IMG/VR virus record: IMGVR_UViG_3300025715_000024
Location: 5,456-69,455 of that record
Origin: a virus
Taxonomy: Duplodnaviria; Caudoviricetes
Direction: 5' to 3' (one strand)
Length of the DNA: 64,000 nucleotides
Within the stretch, counting starts at the first letter, position 1, and each line of letters begins with the position of its first letter. The notes under the pieces were generated by a model. It made no database searches. It saw nothing but the letters and a program-made list of their open reading frames with translations, and was not told the DNA's origin. The position numbers were made by a program, and so were the translations under genes. Below, one piece after another: positions 35,079-46,349 of this stretch.

Positions 35079-36557
35079 CTATAGTTTTTCGTATTGTAAT
35101 GATGTCTGCCCAGAAATAGAGGCATTTACTCCACCATGCAATGCAGACAACGCTCCCGAAGCAAGGTTGGATGAAACCTGAGCCATCGTCTTTAAGGCCT
35201 CCATCTTTATTTGTAAATTCTTTTGAGTAATGCCGTCTTCTATTTCCCATTGTTTAATAGTTGCCTCAGCTTGGGCAATCTGAGCCCGTCCTTGCAGGTC
35301 GAGCAACTTTGTTTGAGCGTCAGTGGAAGCAGCATACCCAGAGATGAAGGCCTTAAATCCATCCACCTCTACTGCGTACTTCTTGGTAATGCCCTCAATC
35401 TGGGCAACATAAGCCTCAACCTGTGTCTTAAATCTTTCGACTTTTATCTTTTCGGCCTCGTATTGTGTAGCGACTGCCTGCACCTGGTTCTTATAAATAT
35501 CAACCATGGTGTTTATCCCCTGGAGTTGACCCATATATATCTTGACCTTGGTCTCATCAATTTGATTGACAAGAGCGAGTCCTTCTATTTGCGTTTTATA
35601 GACATTAGCGCGGGAAACCTCGGCATCAATCCTACCTTTAAAAGCCTCAACATCAGTCTTATACGCGCCCAATAACGCATTAAACTTATTGATGCGTTCC
35701 TTAAAGATAGAAATGGTAATGTCAGCCGTTGACTTAGAGGCATCCAGGGCCCTTTTGGCATATTCGTTATAGGAATCCATAATGATTTTTTCTAGGCTAA
35801 TTCCCATTTCCAGAGACTTGAACATCCCCTGGTGCTCTAGGTCCGCCTGCTTAACAGCGATTTCTCTGGACCTGTCCAAATCCTTATTCATATACTCGTT
35901 ACTGATTGCCAATATTTGCCCAGCCAATAACCCATCAGGAAGGCCCCAGTTCAACTTGGCCCATTGTGTGGTAATTTTGTCCATGGCATCACGTAGGGCC
36001 TGTTCATTACGCTCTTTGTCCCTGTCCCAGATATCATCTTCAACGGTGGGGTCCAGCATCGTTCCGCCGTTTTGGATATTGCTTAGTAATTTATCGCGCA
36101 CAGCTTGAAGCAATGTATCGTGCGGCGCATTCCCTCCATTGTCGAGGCTACTTATCGCTCCAAGCTCATCCGTAAAGGTCGGTAGTTCCGCTGATATGCC
36201 AGCTATTTCATTGGAGACAAAACTTGGGATGGTTATTTCATTGACCACCGGAGGTGTTGGTAAGGTAAATACCGGCTCCCCGGGGAATGAATGGTCTTCG
36301 ACAGATGGAGCATCGCCAGGGGATGTTGGAAATTCACTATCCGCCGGAGATACTGGGATTAATGGCGAAATTACAGGGTCGAGTTCAATACTTCCGGGAG
36401 GAGGAATGTCAATCGTCGGAGGAACCATTATCAATTCCTTCACTACAATGGCATTTAAATCGTCCAAATAATCATTTGCCGTATTAAAGGTGGTCCTTGC
36501 ATACGACTCCATAGAATCTATCACGCCTTGCACGTAATCGGAAAACCATGTGGCCAT
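35079..36557 (-). CDS. Putative ejection protein (long coiled coil)
   Basis: Pro-rich N-terminus, heptad-rich centre, RBS AGGAGG. Confidence 0.6.
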   Translation of the reverse strand: MATWFSDYVQGVIDSMESYARTTFNTANDYLDDLNAIVVKELIMVPPTIDIPPPGSIELDPVISPLIPVSPADSEFPTSPGDAPSVEDHSFPGEPVFTLPTPPVVNEITIPSFVSNEIAGISAELPTFTDELGAISSLDNGGNAPHDTLLQAVRDKLLSNIQNGGTMLDPTVEDDIWDRDKERNEQALRDAMDKITTQWAKLNWGLPDGLLAGQILAISNEYMNKDLDRSREIAVKQADLEHQGMFKSLEMGISLEKIIMDSYNEYAKRALDASKSTADITISIFKERINKFNALLGAYKTDVEAFKGRIDAEVSRANVYKTQIEGLALVNQIDETKVKIYMGQLQGINTMVDIYKNQVQAVATQYEAEKIKVERFKTQVEAYVAQIEGITKKYAVEVDGFKAFISGYAASTDAQTKLLDLQGRAQIAQAEATIKQWEIEDGITQKNLQIKMEALKTMAQVSSNLASGALSALHGGVNASISGQTSLQYEKL

Positions 36558-36567
36558 AATACTCCTC

Positions 36568-36870
36568 CTATTTTCTGCTTAAAACCTGGTCCAGCTTAAC
36601 ATTAAATACAATCCGGAAGACATCGTGCAAGACGTTGCTCATCCTGTGTATAACTAACATAATGGCGAATAAATATACACTTTCCCAAGCTAAATAAATT
36701 ACAGTGGTAAATGCCGCCACCCAGACCGAGACACAGTATGGACAACTTAATAGGTCATTTGTAAACTGACTTAACGACTTAACCCACTCTCGCGGCCGAT
36801 TAAATACCTCAGCCTTGCACGCCAGCTGGGTCAGCGCTTCCGCCGCTATGATGCACAGGAGCAGTTTCAT
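36568..36870 (-). CDS. DUF1360-like membrane protein with CPYC
   Basis: Hydrophobic helices and LSCPYCVSVW. Confidence 0.55.
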   Translation of the reverse strand: MKLLLCIIAAEALTQLACKAEVFNRPREWVKSLSQFTNDLLSCPYCVSVWVAAFTTVIYLAWESVYLFAIMLVIHRMSNVLHDVFRIVFNVKLDQVLSRK

Positions 36871-37021
36871 TTTTCTTCTCCAAAACTTTTTTAAACCCGC
36901 AGGGGCAAACTAAATAAGAGTTTTTATCACTGCAACACGGAGCTTTGTACCGCAGATTTTTGCCGCATATAGGGCATTGCTCTTCCACCAAATTACTATT
37001 TTTCAGGTAATCTTTTAACAT
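36809..37021 (-). CDS. Small Cys-rich Zn-ribbon protein
   Basis: CPIC, PCC and CPCG. Confidence 0.45.
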   Translation of the reverse strand: MLKDYLKNSNLVEEQCPICGKNLRYKAPCCSDKNSYLVCPCGFKKVLEKKNETAPVHHSGGSADPAGVQG

Positions 37022-37385
37022 CTATCAACTTTTTCCTCCACGTTTCCACAGAATCTTCAGAATATATTTCTATCATACATGGTTTACACGCCCAAGCCGT
37101 TGCCCACTGCTTCCCATTCATGTCAACGGCACCAATCTTAAGCACCATATCCTCTCCGCATTCCGGGCACTTAGGGCGCTGCAAATCTTTTAATGGGTTT
37201 TGTTTTAAGTGCTCAACCTGAGCATTGGTTATAAAAATGCTCATTTCCTCCTCGGCCACTATTTTTTGATAAAGCTCCCAAGCCGTCGTAACATTATTTG
37301 TAATATGTGGCATAAACATTTGCCTAGCCTTCAACATCTCGGTCAATCTGTTTTGAAACTGCTCCTGACTAAGTTTTTTTAGCAT
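36996..37385 (-). CDS. Zn-ribbon protein
   Basis: CPEC and CKPC. Confidence 0.55.
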   Translation of the reverse strand: MLKKLSQEQFQNRLTEMLKARQMFMPHITNNVTTAWELYQKIVAEEEMSIFITNAQVEHLKQNPLKDLQRPKCPECGEDMVLKIGAVDMNGKQWATAWACKPCMIEIYSEDSVETWRKKLIDVKRLPEK

Positions 37386-37403
37386 AGCATCCTTTCTTAT
37401 GAG

Positions 37404-38801
37404 TTACATTTCTGGCGGGCAGCAGGCAGCGTCCATCATATAAGACTGCCTTATGTCATGGTTGCCCTCTCCAAAGATATCACAGTTAGTTGCTTGTGTT
37501 AACCAAGCACATGTTACTGACAATGGAACCCAATCCCATTCAAATGCGCCCATGCCACGGGAATACATACGTCCGGCGCAGTCATAATATGTTTGGCAAC
37601 ATCCGGTATTGCAATAACCGGGGTACGTACAAACTAAGTCTGTTGCAACATAATTATTTACATATGGGCAACTTGGGGACAAAGATTCATTATGATATAT
37701 ATCCAGGTCACAAACTAGCTGATAATTAACATATGCTACCCAGGTATAAATAAAGACAGTAACCCCCAGCTTAAGACTATCAACAAGTACGCCGTTGCAA
37801 TAGAGTTTAATATACCCACTTTCTTCACAATTCCAATTAGATGGCGGAGAACTATAAACGACATTCACCCCACTACCGGACAGGCTACCGCCTCCAACGC
37901 TTTCCCATCTTATATCCATATCTGAGGTCGCGCCCACAGCAACTAGCCCTTGATATTCGCTAACGCCCATTGTGTTGGATGCATAGCCTATATGAACATT
38001 TGCGCAATCGCCTTCATTGCAGTCATCAGCCACTGTTGTTATGGTCGCTGTATCGTCGCACACATTTTCCGGACCAAATAAATCATATAGCTCGTCGCCT
38101 GGCCCCATCCCATATCCAGACCATCCGGCGGTACCAACAGCGGCAGCAACCTGCTTTTTTCCATCGGCTGTTAACACTGCTACCTTAATCTTAGTATCAA
38201 CAGTCCTACCGCAATTAATAGTTTTAGCATCCGGAATGGTTGGAGCAATAAAGACCATGCCAAGGCTTGTTTGGTGGAGCCCCGCCCCGCTCCCACCTGT
38301 TCCTGCGGCAGCAAGAGAACCACATCCCCAATAACTTGGATTGCATCCCTCTATAGACCAATAATAAACACACCCTCTTTTTGCTCCGGCGCTAATACCA
38401 GATGTTGACCCACTCTTTACAGAGCTGGGGGCCTTTATTCGTAGCCATGCGCAACATTCATAATCCGAAATTGGAGGGACGGAAGTGCTTGCCGTGCCTG
38501 CTGTTGAATGATATTTCTCCCAAGCAGCAGCGTCAACATCATCAGACCCTGGAAGAACTTTAACAGCCTGCTCAAATTGTTGTTCGCCCGGGGCTCCCCA
38601 CCGCCGAATAACGACCCCTTGTCGTGAATTATACATCTGGTCGTCATATTGAGCATTAAGTTCTTTACGGTTGGCGATAGCCAGGGAGTAAGGCTCTATC
38701 TCCCCAAACTTATCAAACTCGGAGACAACACTGGTAGCGCTGGTCCCCATAGCCCCAGCAAGCTGGTTCTCTCTTCTCGGTACCCCAGTTCGGAAAGCCA
38801 T
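37404..38801 (-). CDS. Cys-rich putative tail or virion protein
   Basis: 465 aa with 22 Cys by hand count, located in the tail module. Confidence 0.55.
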   Translation of the reverse strand: MAFRTGVPRRENQLAGAMGTSATSVVSEFDKFGEIEPYSLAIANRKELNAQYDDQMYNSRQGVVIRRWGAPGEQQFEQAVKVLPGSDDVDAAAWEKYHSTAGTASTSVPPISDYECCAWLRIKAPSSVKSGSTSGISAGAKRGCVYYWSIEGCNPSYWGCGSLAAAGTGGSGAGLHQTSLGMVFIAPTIPDAKTINCGRTVDTKIKVAVLTADGKKQVAAAVGTAGWSGYGMGPGDELYDLFGPENVCDDTATITTVADDCNEGDCANVHIGYASNTMGVSEYQGLVAVGATSDMDIRWESVGGGSLSGSGVNVVYSSPPSNWNCEESGYIKLYCNGVLVDSLKLGVTVFIYTWVAYVNYQLVCDLDIYHNESLSPSCPYVNNYVATDLVCTYPGYCNTGCCQTYYDCAGRMYSRGMGAFEWDWVPLSVTCAWLTQATNCDIFGEGNHDIRQSYMMDAACCPPEM

Positions 38802-39715
38802 TACCTCTTCATGCCTCCGCGCACACCAAACATTCTTACCTTATCAATAGTAACGGCAGCATCGCCGCTAAGCTCAAGGATGGCATATCTGGACCTGATG
38901 CCTTTTCCAATCTTGACCCTTACTTCATTTGGGTCATCGCTCCATGGATGAGCTTCATATTCGTAACGGTTCCCCTCGATATCCTCTATAACAACCTTGA
39001 AGACAGCGTCGAATTTACCTGTTATCCAAACTTGCCTTAAGTGGTTATGGGCAATATCAAGTTGCCCTGTGCGCAGCTTCCATTCAATTGCCGTCCCATT
39101 ATCCACGTCATCAGAAATCTCATACAATCCAGTCCTGGTAACAGCAACTGTCTTCCCATTGAAATAGGCAATGCTGTTATAATCGAACGCTGAGTAATTA
39201 GAAAACGCCATACTCCTCGGGTTAAAAGAAAGTCCGACCTTAACCGTCCTGGCATAAGCTTCCAATGTCCAAGGTGGAAGCTCGATTGATATAGTACCAG
39301 GAGCTAGCCAGGATGCTGAAGCGCTCAGCCTTAAAGAGGGGTAAGGTCTTTCGAGCGACGCGACATATCCCACAGTCCCCGTTGCCGAAAGCAATAACAT
39401 GGGGAGATTTTTACTTAAAGAAGCTATTGGGCTTTGAGATGCGGTCGCAGAAATTGTCAATGCCGGAAGTGATACAGAAGCGATTCCCGAACCGGTAGTA
39501 AGGGCCGTGGCCTCCAATGTCCATCGCGGCAAGGTAATGCCGATACTGGCTATAGGGTCAACGTGCGCCTCTATAACGGCCGTAAAAATAGGGACATTTA
39601 ATTTAAGCTCTCCACCGCCCTCAAAGGCAAGTGTTAGCATGGGGAGCGTTAAATCAAATTCCGCCGCGGGGTTTTTAACAATATTACCCGAAATGGTTAA
39701 TAACGGAAATTGCAT
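38801..39715 (-). CDS. Putative tail protein
   Basis: Repeated (I/L)xLP beta-rich units, C-terminal beta sandwich ending VKIGKGIRSRY. Confidence 0.55.
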   Translation of the reverse strand: MQFPLLTISGNIVKNPAAEFDLTLPMLTLAFEGGGELKLNVPIFTAVIEAHVDPIASIGITLPRWTLEATALTTGSGIASVSLPALTISATASQSPIASLSKNLPMLLLSATGTVGYVASLERPYPSLRLSASASWLAPGTISIELPPWTLEAYARTVKVGLSFNPRSMAFSNYSAFDYNSIAYFNGKTVAVTRTGLYEISDDVDNGTAIEWKLRTGQLDIAHNHLRQVWITGKFDAVFKVVIEDIEGNRYEYEAHPWSDDPNEVRVKIGKGIRSRYAILELSGDAAVTIDKVRMFGVRGGMKR

Positions 39716-39727
39716 AAAGCTCTCCTT

Positions 39728-40132
39728 TTAAGAGGCGGGCATGACTATATCCGCATTTGTCAGGGTATAAACCTCGCCTCCGACAATGACTTCGTCATCC
39801 ATAACAAATTCACTAAGCGATGAAGTGCCACATGCTCCGTCTATGACAAACGCTGAAGCCGCGGCGTCTGACAGCCTAGCCCAAACCGCGGTACCCAATG
39901 TCCCGCTTGAGCCAGCCGTTCCTGGATATGTTGCACCCAATCCTACCGTCCCCGTAGTGGCCGCAGTGCCCCAAATAATCCCAGAGATAGAAACAAGCAC
40001 GGCATTGGTACTAGCCCCTCCACCAGAAGATGGCTGCGTACCGCCATAAACATCTAATACGCACGTCCCCATTGTCCCTGTCAGCATATTCACCAACTGA
40101 GAACGGAGGCCGGCATTAATTCTTAAGGCCAT
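39728..40132 (-). CDS. Virion structural protein, paralogue of 40143-40577
   Basis: Shares MAL(R/K)...(L)R...(I/V)YxGxQP...A.WxR...(I/L)DG layout. Confidence 0.6.
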   Translation of the reverse strand: MALRINAGLRSQLVNMLTGTMGTCVLDVYGGTQPSSGGGASTNAVLVSISGIIWGTAATTGTVGLGATYPGTAGSSGTLGTAVWARLSDAAASAFVIDGACGTSSLSEFVMDDEVIVGGEVYTLTNADIVMPAS

Positions 40133-40142
40133 AACGACCTCC

Positions 40143-40577
40143 TTATGATGCTGGCTGCGTTAAGTTAAATGTATCAATGGTCAAAGTTGCGCCAACAACC
40201 AGCGATGTATTTGCCAGAACCAGGTCGCTGCCGCTGACGCCAACATTTCCATCAAGGCGCACTTCGGTGGCGCTGGTACCGGTAGTTCCACCTGTGCCAT
40301 GAAATCGAAACCACCCCGCAACACCGGCCGCGGCAATCAGACCAGACCAAACGCTCGCCGCCTTGGGGATAACCCCCGTTCCTTGCGTACCAAGAACAAC
40401 CCCATCCGTTCCGGAAGACGAGGTAATTGTCACGAGAAGAGTCCCCGTTTCCGCATAGTCCGGACTTGTTGGCTGACTCCCCGTGTAAATTTTGATATGC
40501 CCGCCATTGAGCATATCTTTAACTCCGAGAGAGCCGCATAATCCATTTCTCATACCAGTAGAAAGTTTTAAAGCCAT
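40143..40577 (-). CDS. Virion structural protein
   Basis: MALKLSTGMRN...IKIYTGSQPTSPD...AGWFRF...RLDGNVG. Confidence 0.65.
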   Translation of the reverse strand: MALKLSTGMRNGLCGSLGVKDMLNGGHIKIYTGSQPTSPDYAETGTLLVTITSSSGTDGVVLGTQGTGVIPKAASVWSGLIAAAGVAGWFRFHGTGGTTGTSATEVRLDGNVGVSGSDLVLANTSLVVGATLTIDTFNLTQPAS

Positions 40578-40589
40578 GATAACCTCCTG

Positions 40590-41519
40590 TTAACCTAAAG
40601 TTGCTATATAGTGATTTACTCCGCTCGCCTTGCGAAGGCACGCGCTCCCGACAGCATAATCCGGCAAATGATATTTGGTAATTGTTGCCTGGAATACTTT
40701 TCCATCGCCACTGCCCAGGCACACACCTTCTTGGGACATCCAAATTAAATAATCCTCCGCTTCCCCATCCTTGACATCTGACCCAGAAATCTCAACATCT
40801 GTATAGGGAATTGCGCCCACAGAAAGCACTTCTTCCCTGCGAAATTCATCAGGCTCATCAGTCCTCAACGCAGGCGAGCGAGTCATAAACCACGTCTTCC
40901 CATCGCTGGCATAGATACCCTTGCCGACTGCATGAAGCATCGTTATATTATTTAAGAATTGCCGGTATCCATACCGCACATCGAAATGGTCGCTAAGAGC
41001 ATCAGCAATGTATAAGACGTTATTGGATGCTATATATAGCTGGCCCTGATAAAAGGTCATGTGCTGGCCGGCAGGAAGAACGGCCTTATAGGTCATGGTC
41101 GGGATGGTTAAATCGTAAATAGTCCCTTCTTTATAATACCCAATCCACGTCCCATTCGTCATATAAATACGGTCATTAACTTCTTGATAGGTCATCCTTG
41201 CATTTGGCGTAAGACCCGTCTTTAAGGCCGTTCCGGCATATAGGGCAGACATAGAATAAAGCGTTGTTTCATCAACGTAGAAACATACGCTCCCATTGGA
41301 CCAAAGACTATGGATATCCGTTCCTGTTATTTTCTCAACGGAACCGAGCCGCGTCTTCAACGAGTTGACATTGTCGATATCAAGATTGTCTATCGTCCCC
41401 ATATCCGCAACAACGCCGATATGCGGCTTATCCACCTGCGCCACCGGCATGCGCCAATCCGGGTCAATGTTATTGACACCGGAAAATCCCTTTATCTCAA
41501 ACAATAAGGCGTTATCCAT
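40590..41519 (-). CDS. Tail tubular/stabilisation-like beta-propeller protein
   Basis: FSGVNNI N-terminus, repeated beta blades, position after the adaptor and tail genes. Confidence 0.55.
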   Translation of the reverse strand: MDNALLFEIKGFSGVNNIDPDWRMPVAQVDKPHIGVVADMGTIDNLDIDNVNSLKTRLGSVEKITGTDIHSLWSNGSVCFYVDETTLYSMSALYAGTALKTGLTPNARMTYQEVNDRIYMTNGTWIGYYKEGTIYDLTIPTMTYKAVLPAGQHMTFYQGQLYIASNNVLYIADALSDHFDVRYGYRQFLNNITMLHAVGKGIYASDGKTWFMTRSPALRTDEPDEFRREEVLSVGAIPYTDVEISGSDVKDGEAEDYLIWMSQEGVCLGSGDGKVFQATITKYHLPDYAVGSACLRKASGVNHYIATLG

Positions 41520-41748
41520 TGGAAGCCCCTTTGTTATTTTATGCTGTTCAGAGCAGCATTTCTTTTCTTAATCGCATCTATCGTTGTCATGGGGGCGCCA
41601 GCGTTTCCAGGCGACTGGACAGGCGCAGGCGTTGGAGCGGTCTTCGCTTTCGGGGTAAGAAAATCCCCAAGTTTATCAATGATATTTTTCGGCTTTCCAT
41701 CATACCTTAAATCAGAATTGCCTATTCCTAATTGTGGCTTTCCTGCCA

Positions 41749-42213
41749 TTACTCAATTCCTCCCTTAAAATACCCCATAACCTTGGGGACGTATTGTTGT
41801 GTTTCTTTCGGAAGGCGATTGATGTTCCCTCCGCTTCTCGCAAAAGTTGTGGGCCCAGCATTATAAGCAGCAAGAGCCGACTTATAATCACCGCCATAGC
41901 GGTTGATAAGCTGTGCTAAATACTGGACACCACCATGAATATTCTGGTTAACATCATAAGGGTTGATATTCATTCCCTTGGCTGTCCTGGGCATCAACTG
42001 CATCATTCCAATGGCCCCAGCAGGAGAAATTTTATTTTGATTGAAATTACTTTCAGTCTTAATAACTCCCCTCACAAGGTTAGGGTCAACATTGTGCTTG
42101 GCTGCTGCCGCATCAATAATCCCCGCATAACGCTCTTCGGGGCGCAACGGCACAACGGCAGCCTCGACCGTTGGCGTCCCTAAAGTGCTTAATATGCGTT
42201 TTATAACATCCAT
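41749..42213 (-). CDS. Lytic transglycosylase (SLT)
   Basis: IKTESNF, AIGMMQLMP and ALAAYNAG. Confidence 0.9.
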   Translation of the reverse strand: MDVIKRILSTLGTPTVEAAVVPLRPEERYAGIIDAAAAKHNVDPNLVRGVIKTESNFNQNKISPAGAIGMMQLMPRTAKGMNINPYDVNQNIHGGVQYLAQLINRYGGDYKSALAAYNAGPTTFARSGGNINRLPKETQQYVPKVMGYFKGGIE

Positions 42214-42362
42214 TATTTCTTGCCTATGCCATACCCCTTCTTTTTCTTACCGGCATTATTCAGCGCCGCAGCCACAGCCTGCTTCTGCGGATGGCCTGCT
42301 TTGACCATCTCCCTTATGTTTTCGCTTATTACCTTCTCGCTTGTTCCCTTTTTTAATGGCAT
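42213..42362 (-). CDS. Small basic conserved phage protein (49 aa)
   Basis: Translated by hand: [49 protein letters not shown]. Overlaps the glycosyltransferase 3' end. Confidence 0.6.
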   Translation of the reverse strand: MPLKKGTSEKVISENIREMVKAGHPQKQAVAAALNNAGKKKKGYGIGKK

Positions 42363-45303
42363 GGTTCAAATCCTCCAAAAGGCCTCTATCTTCCAATAGC
42401 TTTTCGACTGTGGACATCACCATCTCCGGGGTTATGTTCTTCGTGCAGACATAATCCTTGTTGCGAGGGCACCATTCCCAGCCGCGGTCTATCTTATGCG
42501 TCGGGTCATTAAAGCATCCAATACCGCATACTTCGTTATTGATAGCAATCCGGTATGGATTGGGAAAATCATTCCAGACTTCTGATACGCCGGTAATCAT
42601 AACAACTGGTATGCCCAGGGCATATGCTATCCAGGAAGGACCGGCATTTAACCCGACATAAAATTCAGCGCTGGCAATATCGGCTATGCTATTCTGGATG
42701 GATTGATTATTGTGCTTTATCACACTGGCCAGCTGCGACTCTTCATTGCTGATTGATACGCATTTATAGCCTTTATCCGTTAAGGAGTTAATGAGCTCTT
42801 GCCATGCTCCGGGACGATTCCATAATTTGTTTCTCATCGTAGAGAATTCAGAGAAGCATACATACGGGCCGGGGATAGAGCCATTGCCCGCCTTATGTGG
42901 AGTAAACTTTAACTTGGCCCTTATCGGCTGATAATCCAGACCCAGGATATCGGCGGCGACCTTCTGCAAAGGAGTGAGCCTCCAATCTTGGACGTTAAGA
43001 TGCAACTGCTCGTCGAAACATCCCACCTGATAAGTCGCATAAACATCGGGGACCTGGTCGCCCGGTTTTACATATTCCAGTTCGGGGTAATCAAATATCT
43101 CCTGCCACCAGCCAGAAGTAATGACATGGCAGTTATGTTTTTTACGAAACTCTTCGATATAGGGCATCCAGGCGATAGTATCGCCAAGAGCCTTAGACCC
43201 CAGAGAAATAAGAACTCTTTTCCCCGTAAGGTCCATATGATGCTGGAATTTTAATTCTCCATTGAGATAGGCAGAGATAGTCCAGTCTTTATGGTATTTA
43301 ATAGCCGCACGGCTAACCATACCAGGTTTCTGCATGGTTTTAAACATGGCCGACCCATCCGGAGTGGTATATCTGACATCGTATTCTCGGTTGGATATTC
43401 CGCTTATGGTAAGGTTCGGGCCATCAATGAAATTGCAGAGGAAAACCTCGTCCGGCCATACACCGCGGTCCACTTGGTCAAATCGATTGCCAATCGGGCC
43501 AACATCAACAAAGTCTATATTATCAAGGCCAATGAGTTTTTCCGCTCGCTTATAATAACCTCTCTCGCAGCAGAATCTCCATTCGGCAAACATTTCCTTA
43601 AACTCTTCCCATGTCTCCAAACGGGGGTATAGCTTATCAAACATCTCGACCTTGCCGGCAATGAGTTGCCCATTAAAGGTCTCATCAGCGCCCTCCCACT
43701 TGGTCGCTATTAAGTCCTTATCAGAGGCCAGAACTTTATCGACCCATTCCTGAAGGTCACATTCAGCATCGGAAGACATGTTATAAATCCAGTCATATTT
43801 ACCAATGCAGAAATCGATGGCATTACGGATATTATGGAGCCAGGCCAAGGCATGGCATTGAACGCTCGCCTGTTTTCGCTCAAGCTTACCCTCTCCAACC
43901 ACACGAGAATAAACCGGCAAATCGTCGCCGGAAAGGATATCTCTCTTATCATAAATGTAAAAATCAGCTTCTTCGATAGCCGGCTGTGGAAGCGGAAGGT
44001 GAGATGTGACCAAGACTGGGTATCCAAGCCTTTTTACCTGCCGCACCGACTCAACCAAAGTCTCAACCCGTTCCATAGAAGAGGGGTGGCAGTCAATAGT
44101 GAAGATGACTTTTCTTTTGCGAAGAGACTCTATTTCATACCCCAACTTCTTAGCGTAAGAAATAATCTTCTTCTCCGGACTATCTTCGATGGTGGCAGTA
44201 GGAGTTGGAGGCCCGTGATGGGTTATTTTCACGGCGGGCAAACTGGAAGATTCTATCTTTTCGGATAACTCCTCAAGATGTTTATAGGCCTTTTCGGCCG
44301 CGGCCTTCCATGAAAATTTTTCCCGGATAAAATCAGAAGTCTGCAGCGCCCGCGCCTTATGCTTCTCATAGCGGCTATAAACATCCCTCATCTGTTTTAC
44401 GAGATGTTCAAAGTCCGGTTCACACCATTGGCCAGGAACTTCCCAATTGCCATATATTCCAAAAGGCTTTATTAATTTAGCCACCCGGACCTTAACAGCA
44501 TCCATGGCATACTCGGTTGAGCCGCCAAAATCGCATGCGATGGACACAACGCCACATGCCATTGCTTCGATAAGCGGGAGGTTCCATCCCTCTGAACGCG
44601 CACAGGTAACAAAACATTGGGCCTGTTGTAGCCTCCGGATATAATCCTCTCGCTCTTCAAAATGTACAACGATGATTCGTGGGTCTTCGATGCCATAAGC
44701 CGCCAACCTCTCTTCTGTAGTTTTATATTGGTCCGATGGGAACAATGTATCCACTGATAAATAAAGGCGGAAATTACTGTTATCATAACCAACAGCATCC
44801 AAAGGGAAAGCCTCTTGGAAGGCCTTAATAACTTCAAGGGTTGATTTGCGCGGCTGCCATTGCCCAACGTGAAGAAAGTTAAAGGGCATGGGGGCTTTTC
44901 TCGGAAGCCTGGATGGGACTAAGTCTTCCTCTAGCGGCTTATAAATATTTGGGTCCACTCCCTCCGGGACAACCTTGACGAATTCCTCCGGGACGCCCTG
45001 GGCAATAGAACATGCCCTTTGCCATTCACTGGCCACCCATAACTGGTCATAATTGCGCAGGTTATTCATAAACTCCTGGGGCTGCTCTGTTGACTCCCAA
45101 ACATTATAAAGGATTGATGGAGCCGCCGGGAAATCGGTCCTCTGCGACGCGGTTACGGTATCATCTAAAGTTATAGTAACGGCACCTTTGCCATTCTTCA
45201 CATTACGCATTAAAGCATCCAGCTCGGGGAAGAACCGCGAAGCATGAATGCCATACCCAGTTCGCTCGTTAAAAATTGCTTTTACCCTTAATTCGCCAAA
45301 CAT
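42256..45303 (-). CDS. Multidomain glycosyltransferase: GT4 plus central domain plus Aah/TibC-like protein O-glycosyltransferase
   Basis: GT4 motifs VGQWQPRK and [15 protein letters not shown]-terminal [29 protein letters not shown] and Cys cluster CGIGCFND...CP...CT. RBS AGGAGG at 45303. Confidence 0.8.
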   Translation of the reverse strand: MFGELRVKAIFNERTGYGIHASRFFPELDALMRNVKNGKGAVTITLDDTVTASQRTDFPAAPSILYNVWESTEQPQEFMNNLRNYDQLWVASEWQRACSIAQGVPEEFVKVVPEGVDPNIYKPLEEDLVPSRLPRKAPMPFNFLHVGQWQPRKSTLEVIKAFQEAFPLDAVGYDNSNFRLYLSVDTLFPSDQYKTTEERLAAYGIEDPRIIVVHFEEREDYIRRLQQAQCFVTCARSEGWNLPLIEAMACGVVSIACDFGGSTEYAMDAVKVRVAKLIKPFGIYGNWEVPGQWCEPDFEHLVKQMRDVYSRYEKHKARALQTSDFIREKFSWKAAAEKAYKHLEELSEKIESSSLPAVKITHHGPPTPTATIEDSPEKKIISYAKKLGYEIESLRKRKVIFTIDCHPSSMERVETLVESVRQVKRLGYPVLVTSHLPLPQPAIEEADFYIYDKRDILSGDDLPVYSRVVGEGKLERKQASVQCHALAWLHNIRNAIDFCIGKYDWIYNMSSDAECDLQEWVDKVLASDKDLIATKWEGADETFNGQLIAGKVEMFDKLYPRLETWEEFKEMFAEWRFCCERGYYKRAEKLIGLDNIDFVDVGPIGNRFDQVDRGVWPDEVFLCNFIDGPNLTISGISNREYDVRYTTPDGSAMFKTMQKPGMVSRAAIKYHKDWTISAYLNGELKFQHHMDLTGKRVLISLGSKALGDTIAWMPYIEEFRKKHNCHVITSGWWQEIFDYPELEYVKPGDQVPDVYATYQVGCFDEQLHLNVQDWRLTPLQKVAADILGLDYQPIRAKLKFTPHKAGNGSIPGPYVCFSEFSTMRNKLWNRPGAWQELINSLTDKGYKCVSISNEESQLASVIKHNNQSIQNSIADIASAEFYVGLNAGPSWIAYALGIPVVMITGVSEVWNDFPNPYRIAINNEVCGIGCFNDPTHKIDRGWEWCPRNKDYVCTKNITPEMVMSTVEKLLEDRGLLEDLNHAIKKGNKREGNKRKHKGDGQSRPSAEAGCGCGAE

Positions 45304-45458
45304 GAATCCTCCTTTTATCCCTCTCTCAAGGTTCCCTCTGTTTATAAATGGCCCGGGGCGCGATGGGAGGGATTCCATCTTCGGTAATGAGCCTAGCCCC
45401 GGACACGCCTATTAAATATTTAATAGCAAGTTATTCTCTTTACATCAAGAAAACGAAG

Positions 45459-46004
45459 CTATTTATTGCACACAGTTACCTTCGACTCCTTAAGGGTTTG
45501 GTAAGAGTGGTCCAGTTTATATTTATCTTCCACCATCATGTTATGGTATGCTCCCCATCCACCTACCCGAACACCAGCCCACACCGGATAAGATACCCAA
45601 AATGGCTCGCCTTTATGGCATGGGCTCTCGCTTCTAATTGCCTCAAACAATAGGTCATCAGCCTCACTGCGAGATATTTGTTTATCTACCTTAATCCACA
45701 CCCCAGATGCATTCCGGACAAAATAATATGAATCTTTCCGATACGCGAAATCATGGAGAACGCCTTCCCTGTGGACCCTGTCTCCCCATAAAAACCACAC
45801 AACGGGGATTCGCGGTATTGATGCAAGGTCTGTTTCAAACCCAATGGGGATGAACCAAAGTCGTCCCTGTTCATCAATGTAGTAAAGAGGCTCATGCACC
45901 TTATGGATGGTCGTACTCCCAGCCATGCCAATCTCCATAGAAACCAAAGTGTTTTGGAATCCATATATTAATCCGCTGGCGCTTACTGTTGCAGAAGAAT
46001 CCAT
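45459..46004 (-). CDS. DUF1353 family protein
   Basis: IPIGFETDLASIP, GVLHDFAY, EADDLL and VRVGGW. Confidence 0.75.
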   Translation of the reverse strand: MDSSATVSASGLIYGFQNTLVSMEIGMAGSTTIHKVHEPLYYIDEQGRLWFIPIGFETDLASIPRIPVVWFLWGDRVHREGVLHDFAYRKDSYYFVRNASGVWIKVDKQISRSEADDLLFEAIRSESPCHKGEPFWVSYPVWAGVRVGGWGAYHNMMVEDKYKLDHSYQTLKESKVTVCNK

Positions 46005-46013
46005 GCTGCCTCC

Positions 46014-46349
46014 TTAGATATCACAACGTATAAGGTCTTTCGGCGTGAACCCAGTGAAATCCAAAAGACGTAAATTTTGTGGAAAGGGAATCGGCTCAAA
46101 CACAGCAGATGTCTGCTTATCACCGTCCATCTTAACCTTGCATATTGCTCCCTGCCCAGCACACGCGCCATCCCATCGAACAAAATACGAACCCGGGCAT
46201 GGAGTAGCAGTTAATATGACTTCCGTGCCGGTGTTATACTTGGCCGTACATTCAGCGGCAAAAACTATCCCGCCGACAAATATGACAAAATAAATAAAAA
46301 GAACTGCGCTTATTACCATTATCAATAATCCCAACGCTCTTCCATTCAT
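46014..46349 (-). CDS. Signal-anchored protein with a divergent InlB B-repeat
   Basis: N-terminal TM helix, GTEVILTATP..GSYFVRWDGAC. Confidence 0.55.
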   Translation of the reverse strand: MNGRALGLLIMVISAVLFIYFVIFVGGIVFAAECTAKYNTGTEVILTATPCPGSYFVRWDGACAGQGAICKVKMDGDKQTSAVFEPIPFPQNLRLLDFTGFTPKDLIRCDI

